Assembly: GCA_050230475.1 (NCBI GenBank)
Contig: JBFLGF010000150.1
Span: forward strand, 1-64,000
Length of the DNA stretch: 64,000 nt
Source: Ancylonema sp.
Taxonomy: Eukaryota
Direction of reading: 5' to 3'
Part shown: one piece after another, positions 1 through 12,060 of the stretch
Position numbering within the stretch: the first letter of the stretch is position 1
How the letters are laid out: the number at the start of each line of letters is the position of its first letter
Position numbers and translations under genes: made by a program
The notes under the pieces: generated by a model
What the model saw: only the letters and a program-made list of their open reading frames with translations
What the model was told of the DNA's origin: nothing
Database searches by the model: none

Positions 1-1830
1 TTGGGGTTCTGAATCCCCGTATCCGTACACGGGAACAGGTCACTTTACGTCCGTTCCCAGCTGCTGCTGCTGGAGGGGGTGGAGGACCCCCGCGTGCACT
101 TCGAGGTCACCAGCCTGGGGACGCGGGAGGTGAGATGACAGAGTGGTCAGCTGCACCTGATTTCTCACAGAGGATGCCGTGCACGGGGCTGGGGGATGGG
201 GGCAGGGGATGGAAGTCTACTTGGTTGGCGGTCAGCAGCAGGCATGGCTCGGATTGCCCTCCTCTCCGCGCATCCCAGCCTCCAGCCTCCAGCCTCCAGC
301 CTCAAGCCTGAGGACGGTGGGGGGGGTCCTTGTTGTGTGCAGACTCAGGAGGTCCAGCTGTCAGTGCCCCTACTGGGTCTCGACTTCTCCCCTCTGGCGG
401 ACAGTCTTGCCAGTCATCGCGGCACTCGGGTAGACATGGACGCCCTCGACCACCCCAACCTGCACCTTCTGGTAGAGGGATGGTCCTGCGTGGGTGTGCA
501 GAGCTGAGTCTGGGGGGGGGAGGTGCCGCAGCTTGCCTTACCGGTGGCTAGAGGGGGTGGGGGAGAGCCTTGTCGACCTCAGGGGCTGCAACTGGCCGGG
601 TCCCCCTCCGTGCAAGCAGCCTTGGCTCTGCTGGAACAGCACCTCCCCCCCTACACACAATCAACGTGAGAGGCGCGGGAGGGTAAGGGCACGGCACGGG
701 TCGCCTGCCACTCACAGTTCGGGTTGTGGCAGATACTTGGCTGAGTATGTGGATCTGGTGGAGCGCCAACTGGTCGACCAGGTGGGTCCCTCCGATGCCC
801 ATCTGCCACAGGGTGGGAGTGAGAGGGGCGGGAGGGGGGTGGGCAGATAGTGGAGGCTGGGGTGGCAGTGGGGAAGCGGAGGGACTTCATAACGGCTCTC
901 GCACCGTCCATGGGCCGCCCGCTGGATACAGATACGGTAGGCTGGGGGGGCTGGAGGGGGGAAATTGGTCGCAGTGACTCACGTTGGGTTCGAGGTGAGG
1001 TTCTTTGGTCGCAGGTCATGTTTCGGCGGACGACGGTGTTTGTGATAGGGAGTAGAGACCTGGTCTTGGTGAGAAGCTCTTATCTCACATCCGCCTCTTT
1101 TTTTCTAATCGGTTTGTGGTCGCACCCAGGTCCATGTGTCGCTGCCAGCCGCCTTCCCTGCGCAGGCCCCCTCCGTTGTGCTCCAGAGCGCCCAGGCAAG
1201 CCTCTGACCGCACCTAACCCATCCGGCCATCCCTCTCCTCAAATCATGCGCCGTGCGTTTGAGCGTGCAGCACTTTGATACCACGGGCCGCCCGCTGATC
1301 TCTCGAGTTCTGAATGGGTGCCCCTGGAGCCCGCGGTGGGAGGCCCAAGAAATGGTGACCAGGCTCTGGTGAGAGAGGCAGGCTGGTGTCTCCCTCAGCT
1401 CGAAAGGTCGAAGGCGTGAGCAGCAGTGGGGTGGTATGGTGGTGCAGTTTATACGTGGCACAGGAGAGTGTGGCGTTCAGGCGCCTTTGTGCGGAGAGTG
1501 TGCCCCGGAAATAGTTTGAATGGAAGCATGCAATCTCGGCTAGTACTCTCTCAACATGGTGCTTGCCGAGATGTCGTGTTCGTGGTATTTGGCCGTCGTC
1601 GAAGTCTATGCACGTTTCAATTGCCACGTGCAAGTGAGTGTTTGTTGAAGATATGGAGAAGGAGGTGGGCGAAGGTAGATGAAGAAGTTGATGAAGACAT
1701 CATGTAAGCTCGAAGACAGTATGAGTTCCTTTGATGACTGGTACAGGGTCTCGACGACCTCGGCCCATATAGCATGGCGAGCAATAAGAATGTTTTTCTC
1801 CCGCCTCAAAGCATCCTATATGTATTGAGC
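1..1830 (-). mobile_element. Degenerate non-LTR (L1/Tx1-like LINE) ORF2 3' remnant, copy in piece A
   Basis: Homologous to 18563-20480. Frameshifted minus-strand segments such as IARHAIWAEVVETLYQ resemble the post-RT region of L1-clade ORF2. The zinc-knuckle end lies just outside this copy and is visible in the other copy. Confidence 0.5.
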
Positions 1831-2222
1831 AGAGTGATTTGCGAGTGTCTAGTTTCCTCTCAATCACGCTATCTTGTTGTCTATTGACATGTAAACTCGC
1901 TAAAAATCACAATGCTTGATTTAATAAGGGACACAATTGTCATCCTTTCAACGACATGTTTCGGTCATCATCGGAGATCGCTACTAGCATCCTGTACCGA
2001 AACGAAAATACGGGCATGGCAAATTCGAGTCATTCCCCCTCAACATTCTCCCATTCGATCGAAGGCATGTAACACGACTCTTTTCAGCCGTGCACATGTG
2101 AATTTGTCACATTATGACTTTGTGTCCACATGTAATAAAAGTGAAACCCACACCATGACTATATGTTGCACGTGTTTACCATGGAGATGACAGAATTTTA
2201 GTGCCCACATGTGGGACCATAT

Positions 2223-2288
2223 GACACGTGTTACGTGTTGGACACGTGTTACGTGTTGGACACGTGTTACGTGTTGGACACGTGTTAA
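2223..2288. repeat. 18-bp minisatellite (GACACGTGTTACGTGTTG) x ~3.6
   Basis: Direct reading. The homologous site near 21010-21040 is not expanded. Confidence 0.9.
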
Positions 2289-2490
2289 CTTGAAGTCGGC
2301 ATCCTTCACTCGGATGCTCGATTTTATCACGAGAAGAGGAATATCTTCCAGATTTTTAATTTTCTCCCCAATCCCTTCCAGCCTCCCGAACCTGGGCTGA
2401 GGGCACCCCAGCCCCCAGTCCGGCTTGGGGGCTGGGTCCGGCCCCCGACTCCCTACTCCACGTGATTTGGGGTTGCGCACAATGCTGGTA

Positions 2491-4005
2491 CAGTAAATAC
2501 TCGTTACAGGCACACTCTTGGGACACCGAAAAAGTGTGCCTGTAACGAGGTTGTGTCTGAAACGAGGTAATCTCGTTACAGGCACATTTGCCAGGGGCCC
2601 TGGGGCAGATGTGCCTGTAACGAGGGAATCTCAAAATTTTGCTCTCAGAGGTCGTGAACTTCGTCTGCCATGTCGATGAAAAAAATCTACCATGAACTAA
2701 TGTCTTATTTGCTAATTGGAGCTTGAATACTTACAATGTTATCATTTTCACTCGCATGTAGTTTGTGAGATGCGATGGTTGTCCAAGGTAATGATTGTTC
2801 ACTTTGTTCATCCATTTCAAGGCATATGAGGCACATTTAAAAGGAACGAAAAGGATTGTCATGATGGGATGGTATTGTTTTATCTTTTTTGTCGAAAAGT
2901 ATAGATTCGGGCATGCGAGCCGCTACCTTGTACAAAGCCAACACCTATTGTAATATTTGCCGATTTGGGTGTGAATATTTACAATAAATGGTTTCATATT
3001 CACTCGCATGCATTTTGTGAGATGCGATGGTTCTCCAAAGTAATGGTTGTTTATCTCATCCACCCATTTCAAGGCATATGAGGCGCATTTGAAGGAACGA
3101 AAAGGATTGTCATGATGGGACGGTATTATTTTATCATTTTTGTCGAAAAGTATAGATCCGGGCATGCATGCTACTATCTTTAACAAAGCCAATAAATCGA
3201 ATATGGACACAAAAGAGCAGTCACATATTTTTCTGTCAACATTGCTTGTTAAGTGTTTATAATGTGCTTAACAATCACTTAAATACCTATTGACAGAAAA
3301 AACCTCTTAATTCCCTTTTGCCTGCGGTTCATAACACATTGCTTGCATTGCCAATAACTCGTTCGCTAGTTGTTGGTCTTTTAACAAATCTTCATCCCCA
3401 AGACAAGCATCTTGGGCGATAAAGTTTGCAATGCCTTTTAGAGACTCCCTACATTCCACGAGAGTCATCTTGGAAGGTCCTATGTCGACACCATCACCAG
3501 ATCGCTTTGTCGAACTCCTTGCTAACAAATTGACTTATCTTTTCTTGTGCCCATTGTGGATTGTCGATTTGTACCTCATAGATTCTTTTCTTCTCTGTAT
3601 GAGTTAACTGCACTCGAGTCTTTTTTATAATTCTAGGTACAGGTGCAGATCCAAAAATTTCAAAGAACGCGCTATGAGCAGGAACGACCATTTTCGATAG
3701 AGATTTCCTCGCCTAGGAAGGGAAGGTACCCCATGTTTCGATATGGAGAAGATATTATGCACCGGAAAATGACCAGAATCTCTATCTGAAACGATTATTT
3801 ACCCCCCCAATGGCCTGAAACGTCAGCATTTTGTATGACGTCATAACTCGTTATAGGCACAAAATGGTTTTTTTGGTGCCAGTAACGAGGTGTGCTAGTG
3901 CCTGTAACGAAGACGTTTTGGCGGGGGAAAGTTGGTACACGCGGGTTTTGGTGCCTATAACGAGGCTATGCCTGTAACGAGTGTGCCTGTAACGAGTATT
4001 TACTG
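2491..4005 (-). mobile_element. pogo-like (Tc1/mariner superfamily) non-autonomous DNA transposon, internal deletion derivative
   Basis: Perfect 27-bp TIRs CAGTAAATACTCGTTACAGGCACACTC (2491-2517; 3979-4005), flanked by TA on both sides and absent from the homologous site near 21236. Several subterminal GTGCCTGTAACGAG repeats. Minus-strand remnant KKTRVQLTHTEKKRIYEVQIDNPQWAQEKISQ resembles a CENP-B/pogo HTH, and C-terminal QKGIKRFF is a PIP box. No DDE domain seen. Confidence 0.9.
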
Positions 4006-4042
4006 TACGTGGAATTGCCCCGAAGAATTGCCCTCAGTGTCG

Positions 4043-4216
4043 GAAGAACGGAAGAACGGAAGAACGGAAGAACGGAAGAACGGAAGAACGGAAGAACGGA
4101 AGAACGGAAGAACGGAAGAACGGAAGAACGGAAGAACGGAAGAACGGAAGAACGGAAGAACGGAAGAACGGAAGAACGGAAGAACGGAAGAACGGAAGAA
4201 CGGAAGAACGGAAGAA
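4043..4216. repeat. (GAAGAACG)21 octamer tandem repeat
   Basis: Direct count. A homologous array lies at ~21483-21663. Confidence 0.97.
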
Positions 4217-4364
4217 AATATGAAAAGGGGGACAGTGGAGAACGAGGCGCCTAGTGCGAATAGTGAGGCGCTAGGGGCAATCTAAGTTCGTCAGGGCCCT
4301 GTCAGACTGATATTTTTATAGAACTAGTAGCTCCTTGCCTCGTCTATTGCGATACGTGCAGGCC

Positions 4365-5581
4365 ATGGCGTTACAATTCAATGTTGATCTTCTCACTCCG
4401 ACAACCTCGATCGGTCAGGTTGAGTTCTTATTCAAGACCGTCCAAATATGTCCCGTTGCTGGATTGATCTGTGAAAGCACCAAATAAAACACCACTCGTA
4501 CAGACGCTAGTACCGGAGTCACTGAGGCAGCAGATGATGGAAGACGGGGCTTGAGTCAAATAAATGGGGACACCTCGTGTACGACTGCCTGTCAGATGGG
4601 CGTTTCAGGCAGTGCACTTAGAAGAAGAAATACAGATGAAGAAACAAGGACGATTTGTGATCCCCGCAGACTGAATCAATGTTTCCTCATAGGCGACGCA
4701 GAGGCAGCCGGATTTTGAATGAAGTCTGTTCAAGCGCATCGTTTCCTTCCTTATCTGCAGAAATCGGAACGCACACTGCGGCGCTCTTGCCTGCACCCTT
4801 GCTCCTCCAGCGATCACAGAAAACGAACCGACAACCTCTTTCGGTGCACAAAAGTTGTCGGAACTGCCGGCCGCATGGTGCCGAATGCCACATCAACAAC
4901 TCAGGCACCAATTTCAAGTGATGCTGGCAAGTGAAGGTCTTCGGGTCCTCTGGGAATCTGACCAGAGCCACTGCTTTGTCTTCTCATTGTTCTGCATAAA
5001 GCCGCACACAAAATTTCCAAAATGACTTTCTCTCTGCTGCAGTTGCTGCAGGTGCAGGGGGGGCGGGCATTCTAGGCATCCACCACACTGGACTGCTGTG
5101 CGCCAATCTGGAGCGGTCGTTGGAGTTTTATTGCGGGGTGCTGGGTAAGGAAGTGGCGGACCTCCTATACCATCGCCACCTTCAGCCTGACTTCTCTTGT
5201 GCAGGTCTAGAGTTGAACGGAGACCGAGCGGCCGTCCAATTGTCCTTTGACGGCGCATGGCTGTGGGTGGGCCCTCAAATGATTCACTTGATGGAACTCC
5301 CCAATCCGGATCCCACAACTGGCCGCCCTGCGCACGGCGGGAGGGACCGGCATGCCTGCTTTGCAATCAAGGACGTTCAAAACTTGAAAGCCCTCCTTGA
5401 CAAAGCAGGTGAGTGATATAAGTTGGGTCCTGGTGTGCTGGAGGTGGGGAGGGCTTCAACGTGGAGGGATTCTGGGCGGGCAGGGCTGGAGTATACAATG
5501 AGCAAGTCGGGGCGACCAGCTGTGTTCACACGCGACCCTGACGGGAATGCTCTCGAGTTTCAACAATTCTCCTCGAGCTGA
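4365..5581 (+). CDS. VOC/glyoxalase-I-like (lactoylglutathione lyase family) protein, copy A; 5' exons and start tentative
   Basis: Spliced core GIHHTGLLCANLERSLEFYCGVLG|LELNGDR...GAWLWVGPQMIHLMELPNPDPTTGRPAHGGRDRHACFAIKD...LDKAG|LEYTMSKSGRPAVFTRDPDGNALEFQQ. GT-AG introns; TGA at 5579-5581. Confidence 0.88.
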
Positions 5582-6402
5582 TTCAAGAGGCTAATTTGTG
5601 CCATGTCATACTGTAAATGGTGGCCAAGGAGAAGTTTGACAATGCAGGGGTGGTGTGAGACCACCGACTGCACTCTTGATATCGCATGACAGCATGTGAC
5701 TCTTATGATAGGATGTACATATTCATGAACTTCGATATACTTCCATGTGACATGTGACCACAATTTTGTCCCACATCAATTGACATTGTAGGCAAGGTTC
5801 GTCGAGATGTTGCTTCAAACGTGTGTGGTGACAAACGTCAGCCTTCCACAAATTACGTTGCTACTCTGTTGGTCCAATCGGATGAATTGCGTCAAAGAGG
5901 GTGCACAACCCACTCTGTGTATATTTGTTGGAAAGAATCACACCATGCGATTCGCGCGCGGAACAAAGCGTGATAAGCAAGCGCATTAGATCCAATTTAA
6001 ACGACATATCCTCCATCTCGACATCCAAGCAACGGTCAAAGGATGCACAAGTTACCTACCCTCGATCGCTGGCGTGGCTCGAACACAGGTGTGCCAGTAT
6101 CTTGAATCACTCGTTTCCAGTCGTTACAGGCATTGTATGAAGGCGTGTTCAAGAAGATTCAGCAAACCCACACATGAATCCAATGATGATCGTGCACGTG
6201 CTCATGCGCGCACCGAAATCAGGCAACCTTTCCTTGAAATTATCATTGGTCGTATCAATGTTGAGCTACGAAGACATTGCTCGACGCATAGGATTTGGAT
6301 ATGAAGTGAACGCGGTAGATATATACATGAGGGTCATACTCAGCACCGACCGTTTCCATTGTTGAAAGAACCACCAAACTTAACCATGGTTAAATTTGGT
6401 GC

Positions 6403-8397
6403 TTACCTAGTGACAACAAGGACCCCCATGAGCCCAAACCCAGTCTCATAATGAACTGCAGTCGAGAACCCCGCTTCCTTTGCCAACCGCTCTTGCTCCC
6501 TCCCTGACCCCATGCCTCCGTCGTCTCATCAGCTCACGTGCCCTCCAAGAGTGTGTGATGATGGATGGTGTACGGAGCACCCTTGTGCAAGCATGTCCAA
6601 CCTCCAAATTGAGGGAAACCACCCACACAACTACTCCCGCATGCTTTCCAGCACAAAGCCTCACAGTGAACCTGTGGGCAGATGCATGAGTGAAGAGGTC
6701 TGCGACTCACCAGTCGGGAAGCGTTCGATGGAGGGGCGCAAGTACTCGTACTCAGCTGCCATCCCCAGCCGCGTGGCAACGGGCACCACCACGTTGTCCA
6801 GAGCGCCTCCCTACAACTCCTCAGGATTCTGTTACTTGAGGTAATGAGGGTCATGAGGGCGGGGGAGGTGAGGCGGAAACCTGACCTGCAGCGCGGCCAC
6901 CCACGGATTGGTAGAGTTGTTGAAGTCCAGGATGGCCGCTGTGCAACCTGCACCGACACAGGTGCGCCTCAGGGTCGCTGACTCGGCCAGACCAGACAAA
7001 GCCCTCTCAGCTTCCTCAGGCTCGCACCTTGTTTCAGCACCCGCCTCATTTCCGTGAGGCTCTTCGGGATGTCCACCACGTTACGCAAGCCGTAGCCCAT
7101 CGTCACCGCGTCAAACGAGGAATCCTCAAGGGGCAGCGCCAGAGCGTCGCCCTCCACCCACCTACAGCCGAGGCCAAGGGACTTTGTACGGGGGCTTTTT
7201 TATGAGCACTAAAGAGCGAGGGAAGGGGTCGGTCCTCACTCCATGTGCACCTGCGAGGCCTTGAAGGACTGGCACTGCCTCTGCCTCGCCAAGGAGAGCT
7301 GCTCTGGAGCGAAATCTAACCCCACCACCTGCTCCCACCGCCAGCTGGCACCACAGATGAGACAAGGACAATACCTTGCTGTCTCTGTGAGTCAGTCTGT
7401 CAGTTGTTGGGGCGCACCTGTCCTGTGGATCCCACTTTTTCTGCGGCCAGCAGAGCAATGTCTCCGCTGCCACAGCACAGGTCCAGCACCCGGCTGCCCG
7501 GCTGAGCCCTGCGAACACAGGGAGAGCGGGAGGTGAAGGTGAAGGCAAACTGGTGTGGCCAGAAGGGAGCAATGGACCAAACCCACCTGCTCCACCTTAC
7601 AGTCATGCGCTTCCAGATGCGATGCTGCCCAAGACTCAGCCAGTCGTTGAGCTGCAGCCGTTCCATGTGACACAGACTGTCAGCTTTGCATAGGTTTGCT
7701 GTGAAAGTGAGGTGGCGGCATGCACCCACCTGGTCGTACATAGGAGCGATGTTGTTGAACAACTGCTGCCTCTCAGCACTAGCTGCCGCCAAGTTCTCGG
7801 AAGATTCCCGGCCGACCACATCAGGAGGTGTGGACGTTGTTTCTGAACGTATCAAAACAAAAAAACGCTGAATATTTCGAACTTTTGTTAGGCTAAGGGC
7901 TTAGGTGCGCTGAAGTGACCGACAATGATCTGTAAAAAAATATGAATTATTAGTTGGCTGTTCAATCCCAAGGCCCGCCCTTCATTGCGAGGTTAAGCGT
8001 TCAAATAAAGGGTTCAGCTTCTTGTGGCAAAATTTCCGGAGAGCCCACAGCTCATTGAGTGTATGGAAATTTAACCTTCCGCGCTAGAGCTGCTCCAAAC
8101 CCTGACTACCCACCATGAACCCCATAGTATCCTCGCACCATTTGGTACAGCACGGTGATCACCTTTCGCGTAGGTGTTGGCCGAGGAAAGGCCAGCACCA
8201 GAGGTTTGTGTCTCACTTTCTAGAACTCCTCCGTCGAAGCGAGAAACGTGTAAGCGTCTTTCAGCGAGCTTTGCCGAGGTGGACGCCACACGGTTGGATG
8301 TCTTTCTGATATTTACATCTTGATGACGCGACAACTCTTGCAAACGGGGTGATCTGGTATGCATCGTTTGGTAGCCATGGCAGGATATGGCGAACAT
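6403..8397 (-). CDS. MENG: Demethylphylloquinol (2-phytyl-1,4-naphthoquinol) methyltransferase, UbiE/MenG family, with transit-peptide-like exon 1; copy A
   Basis: Spliced [31 protein letters not shown]|..[10 protein letters not shown] (SAM motif I)..[75 protein letters not shown]. All introns GT-AG. Confidence 0.93.
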
Positions 8398-8605
8398 CGC
8401 GCGAAAAATATACTGGGAATTGCGACGTGTGTGTACTGCTGTTGGCAAGAAAGCAGATGTGCAATGGGCGAAGATGCAAATTCAACAGAGAAGATATCAG
8501 GATATCAGGATCAGTAAGCTCGAGGCGCGACATGCGGCAGAGATACCGCCGCAAATGACGTTTCAACCGCTGTGTGCGGACGACAAGATGATAGATAGCT
8601 GACGT

Positions 8606-8855
8606 TACCGTAATGACCGAATTTAATCTCCCCATTTTTCCCGGGTATTTATTCAACGATTACCCCAAAACCCGGGAAAACCCCATAATACAATAAGAAT
8701 ATGTATTTTTCAATATCAAAATACAAAAGCCGATGAAAAACTTTAAAAAAAAAAAAAACCCTGCCTACAGATTTTGAATGAATTATCGGGAGGTTATATT
8801 CGGGCTGTACCCTAACCAGGGGAAATTTTTGACACATTATACGAGCCCATTACTC
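8606..8855. mobile_element. Possible degenerate pogo/mariner-type MITE (also ~26093-26340)
   Basis: Starts TACCGTAATGACCGAATTTAATCTCCC, with a partial inverted match GGGAGGTTATATTCGG near 8788 and an AT-rich interior. Right terminus degraded. Confidence 0.35.
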
Positions 8856-9107
8856 GAGTGTGACGTAGCGATTCGACATGGCGAACGCCTCGTCTAAGGA
8901 TGACCGTACAATATAGTTGTTCCGAAACGGAGAGATAGACACATTTTTAAAAAACTAATTCCCAGCAAGGTAAATCGAAAAGGTGTCCGATGCATGAAAA
9001 CAAAAACAACCAAAATAAGAAGTCAAAGAAAATCACGTACAAAATCTAAAATATTTAGATCACGTTATACCAACCAGTTTGCAAGCGCAAAATACTTAAG
9101 AGTCATA

Positions 9108-9320
9108 GTTGCTGTTGTGCCATCTAGCATCGTCTACTCCCACACGTATAATGGTAATGTACTAACGAATATATCGACACGTGTCCCCCCACACGGGTGA
9201 CCACACATGGTAGCGAACGCTATCTCACACGTGCGGATCCGCATGTGTGGATTCATGCTCTCTAGGCATGCATCCCCATGCCACGTGTCCAACAAAACGC
9301 ATCTCTCCCCATCATCTACA
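9108..9320 (+). repeat. Long-TIR family arm (TGCCATCTAGCATCGT family), copy A of 26608-26809
   Basis: Sequence match to 26608-26809 and to the reverse complement of 31754-31955. Confidence 0.8.
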
Positions 9321-9808
9321 CAGCCTACAGGAGAATGCTACGGACCAGGATCGCCGTCAAAAAAACCGTCAAATATGGCAACCGAACATACTAAGATGGG
9401 ATTTCCGACTTCCGTCGTCTTTCAAAAATACGCAATCCTCTCGGAAGGAAAGGTAGTAGAGTGAACATCCACCTCCAGCCGTGGCAAAAACCCAGCTCCA
9501 GCCGTGGCCACCCGACTCCACATCTAACTGTCTGTCCATCCAGCACCATCTGATTGCCGTAGGATGCGCAGTTTTTCGTGCCCTTAAAAAGTTCGAGGCT
9601 GTCCCGGTTCTGTCTGAACCGTGGATGGGAATCCGATGGTGTTGCCTATAACGAACAATAGTCAACGACGGTTGCCAAGCAAGCTCGCCATTCAACAACT
9701 TTGATGACGTGTGACTCGGGTGACTTGACAGTCGAGACCCATGAGCCACTCGACGCACGCGCGCATTTCACTAGGAGTTCTGGCCAGCGATACACTATCG
9801 ATTCGGTG

Positions 9809-10566
9809 ATGGCCACGGTGCCAGTTGGCCACTTGGACCTCCTCGCAGAGCCAACGAAACCTGCCCAGGGCTCAGGGCTGGAGAAGCTCGTGAGCTTTGA
9901 CCTTTTCTTAAAGGTCATAATTTTGACAGTCTTGCATGCACAAGACCTCAGTCTTTTATTGTCACAGTCCTCGTGCTGTAAGCTATCTGCTCTCTTGTCA
10001 GGTAGTATCACCGCCGTCGCAGATTCCAGTCTCCGACATGCAGGCCATTCAGGTGTGTTCTGAAACTATGAAAATTCACACAGAACATATTTGTGTCTTC
10101 TCCCATCCACCTATTCTTTTCACCATGCTATCGTTACGACCGTTGATCAAACGCATCATCGCCAAATGCAGCTTTTTCAATTATATAAGTTTAAAATCTA
10201 CCACCTTTGTCCGTCATTTACCCTAGAAAAAATATATCGTGATCTGATTCTGCCTTGACGATATTCAGGAAGTGGTGGGGGAGACTTGTGAGCTAGGGCA
10301 CAGCGTAAACCATAGTCTCAAACTCATGCAGTTGTTTTGTTTGAACTGAGCGGGAAACCGTATTCGTTTTTACAAACAGTGTATTGGGTATGGAAGAAAA
10401 CACGGTCGCTGCCCATGCCAGTATTCCACTCTATGGCAGTGAACTCGAACGCGAATTTCTTGCACTAAGTACTGCCTCGTCTCCTTTTCGTTTTCGTTTG
10501 CTCCAGATCAGGAAGTTGGAGGGCCCCGACAAGTTGTTGGACAACATTTCTTTGGTCACCGACCTG
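9809..10566 (+). CDS. 5' part of MDR-family oxidoreductase, copy A, truncated by the N join
   Basis: MATVPVGHLDLLAEPTKPAQGSGLEKL|VVSPPSQIPVSDMQAIQ|IRKLEGPDKLLDNISLVTDL matches the exons at 27304-28136. Confidence 0.8.
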
Positions 10567-10568
10567 NA

Positions 10569-12059
10569 TGGAGTTTTATTGCGGGGTGCTGGGTAAGGAA
10601 GAGGCGGACCTCCGTGTACCAGCAACATCTTCAGCCTGACTTCTCTTGTGCAGGTCTAGAGTTGAACGGAGACCGAGCGGCCGTCAAATTGTCCTTTGAC
10701 GGCGCATGGCTGTGGGTGGGCCCTCAAATGATCCACTTGATGGAACTCCCCAATCCGGATCCCACAACTGGCCGCCCTGCACACGGCGGGAGGGATCGGC
10801 ATGCCTGCTTCGCAATCAAGGATGTTCAAATCTTGAAAGCCCTCCTTGACAAAGCAGGTGAGTGATATTAGTTGGGTCCTGGTGTGGTGGAGGTGTGGCA
10901 GGCTTCAATGCGGAGGGCTTCTGGGCGGGCAGGGCTGGAGTATACGATGAGCAAGTCGGGGCGACCAGCTGTGTTCACACGGGACCCTGACGGGAATGCT
11001 CTCGAGTTTCAACAATTCTCCTAGGGCGGGTTCAAGAGGTTATTAGGTGCCAAGTTACACTGTCAAAGGTGGCCGAGGAGAAGGTTTACAGTGTAGAGAT
11101 GGTGTGAGACCACGGACTGTACTCGTGGTATCGCATGACAGCATGTGACTCGTATGATAGGATGTACATATTCATGAAATTTGATAAATTTTTATTTGAC
11201 ATGTGACCACAATTGTGTCCCATACCAATTGACGTTGTAGGCAAGGTTAGCTTGTTATCGAGGTCGAGATGTTACTTCTCACGTGTGTGGTCACAATCGC
11301 TAGCCTTCAAGACACGACGGTGCCGCTTTGTTGGTTCGACCGGACGAATCACGTCAAAGAGGGTGTTCAACCCACTATGTGTATATTTGTGGGAAAGAAT
11401 CACACCATGCAGTTTGTGCGCGGAATAAAGCTTGATAAGCCAGTGCATTGGCTCCAATTTAAAAGACAGATCCTCCATCTCGATATTCAGGCAACAGTCA
11501 AAGGATGCACAGTGAGCATACCCTCGATCGCCAGAGTATGGCGTGGCTCGAACATATTTGTGCCAATATCTTGAGTATCGAATCTTGAATCACTCGTTTC
11601 CGAGTGTTACACGCATTATATGAGAGCATGTACCAGAAGAGTCAGTTGCCGGACATGAATCCAATGATGATCGTGCACTTGTTAATGAGCGCACCGAAGT
11701 CAGGCAACCTTACCTTGAAATTATCATTGGTGTTATCTGTGTTGAGCCACGAAAACACTGCTCGACGCGTAGGATTTGGGTATGAAGCGAACGCGGTAGA
11801 TATATACAAGAGGGTCATACTCAGCACCGACCATTTCCATTGTCAAAAGAACCACCAAATATACCATGGTCAAATTTGGTGCTTACCTAGTGACAACAAG
11901 GACCCCCATGAGCCCAAACCCAGTCTCGTAATGGACTGCAGTCGAGAACCCCGCTTCCTTTGCCATCCGCTCTTGCTCCCTCCCTGACCACATGCCTCCG
12001 TCTTCTCATCAGCTCACGTGCCCTTCAAGAGTGTGTGATGATGGATGATGTACGGAACA
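10569..12059. repeat. Redundant contig apparently identical to 22600-24090 (3' VOC exons ending 11024; last MENG exon ending 11883)
   Basis: Bounded by N at 10567 and 12060. Identical ORF translations at a constant offset of 12031. Confidence 0.95.
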
Positions 12060-12060
12060 N

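Larger units (their letters stand above)
1..10566. repeat. Diverged duplicate (alternative haplotype, homeolog or segmental duplication) of 18563-28136
   Basis: Collinear match by eye from ttggggttctgaatcccc (1 = 18563) to gtcaccgacctg (10566 = 28136), with many substitutions and indels. Ends at an N. Confidence 0.95.

Noticed and set aside
4043..4216. Regular repeats as a possible CRISPR array
   Set aside because: Head-to-tail units with no spacers, no cas genes, and a eukaryotic context.
3932..4285. ORFs with RTEERKNG repeats (also 21241-21813) and SSLKPQA repeats (18715-19452)
   Set aside because: These are translations of the GAAGAACG and CAAGCCT tandem repeats, not proteins.
6074..6365. 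Plus-strand ORFs conserved between duplicates (MNPMMIVH...; 11604-11987, 23635-24018)
   Set aside because: They lie in the MENG 3' UTR/convergent intergenic region. Conservation reflects the duplication, and the stops differ between copies.
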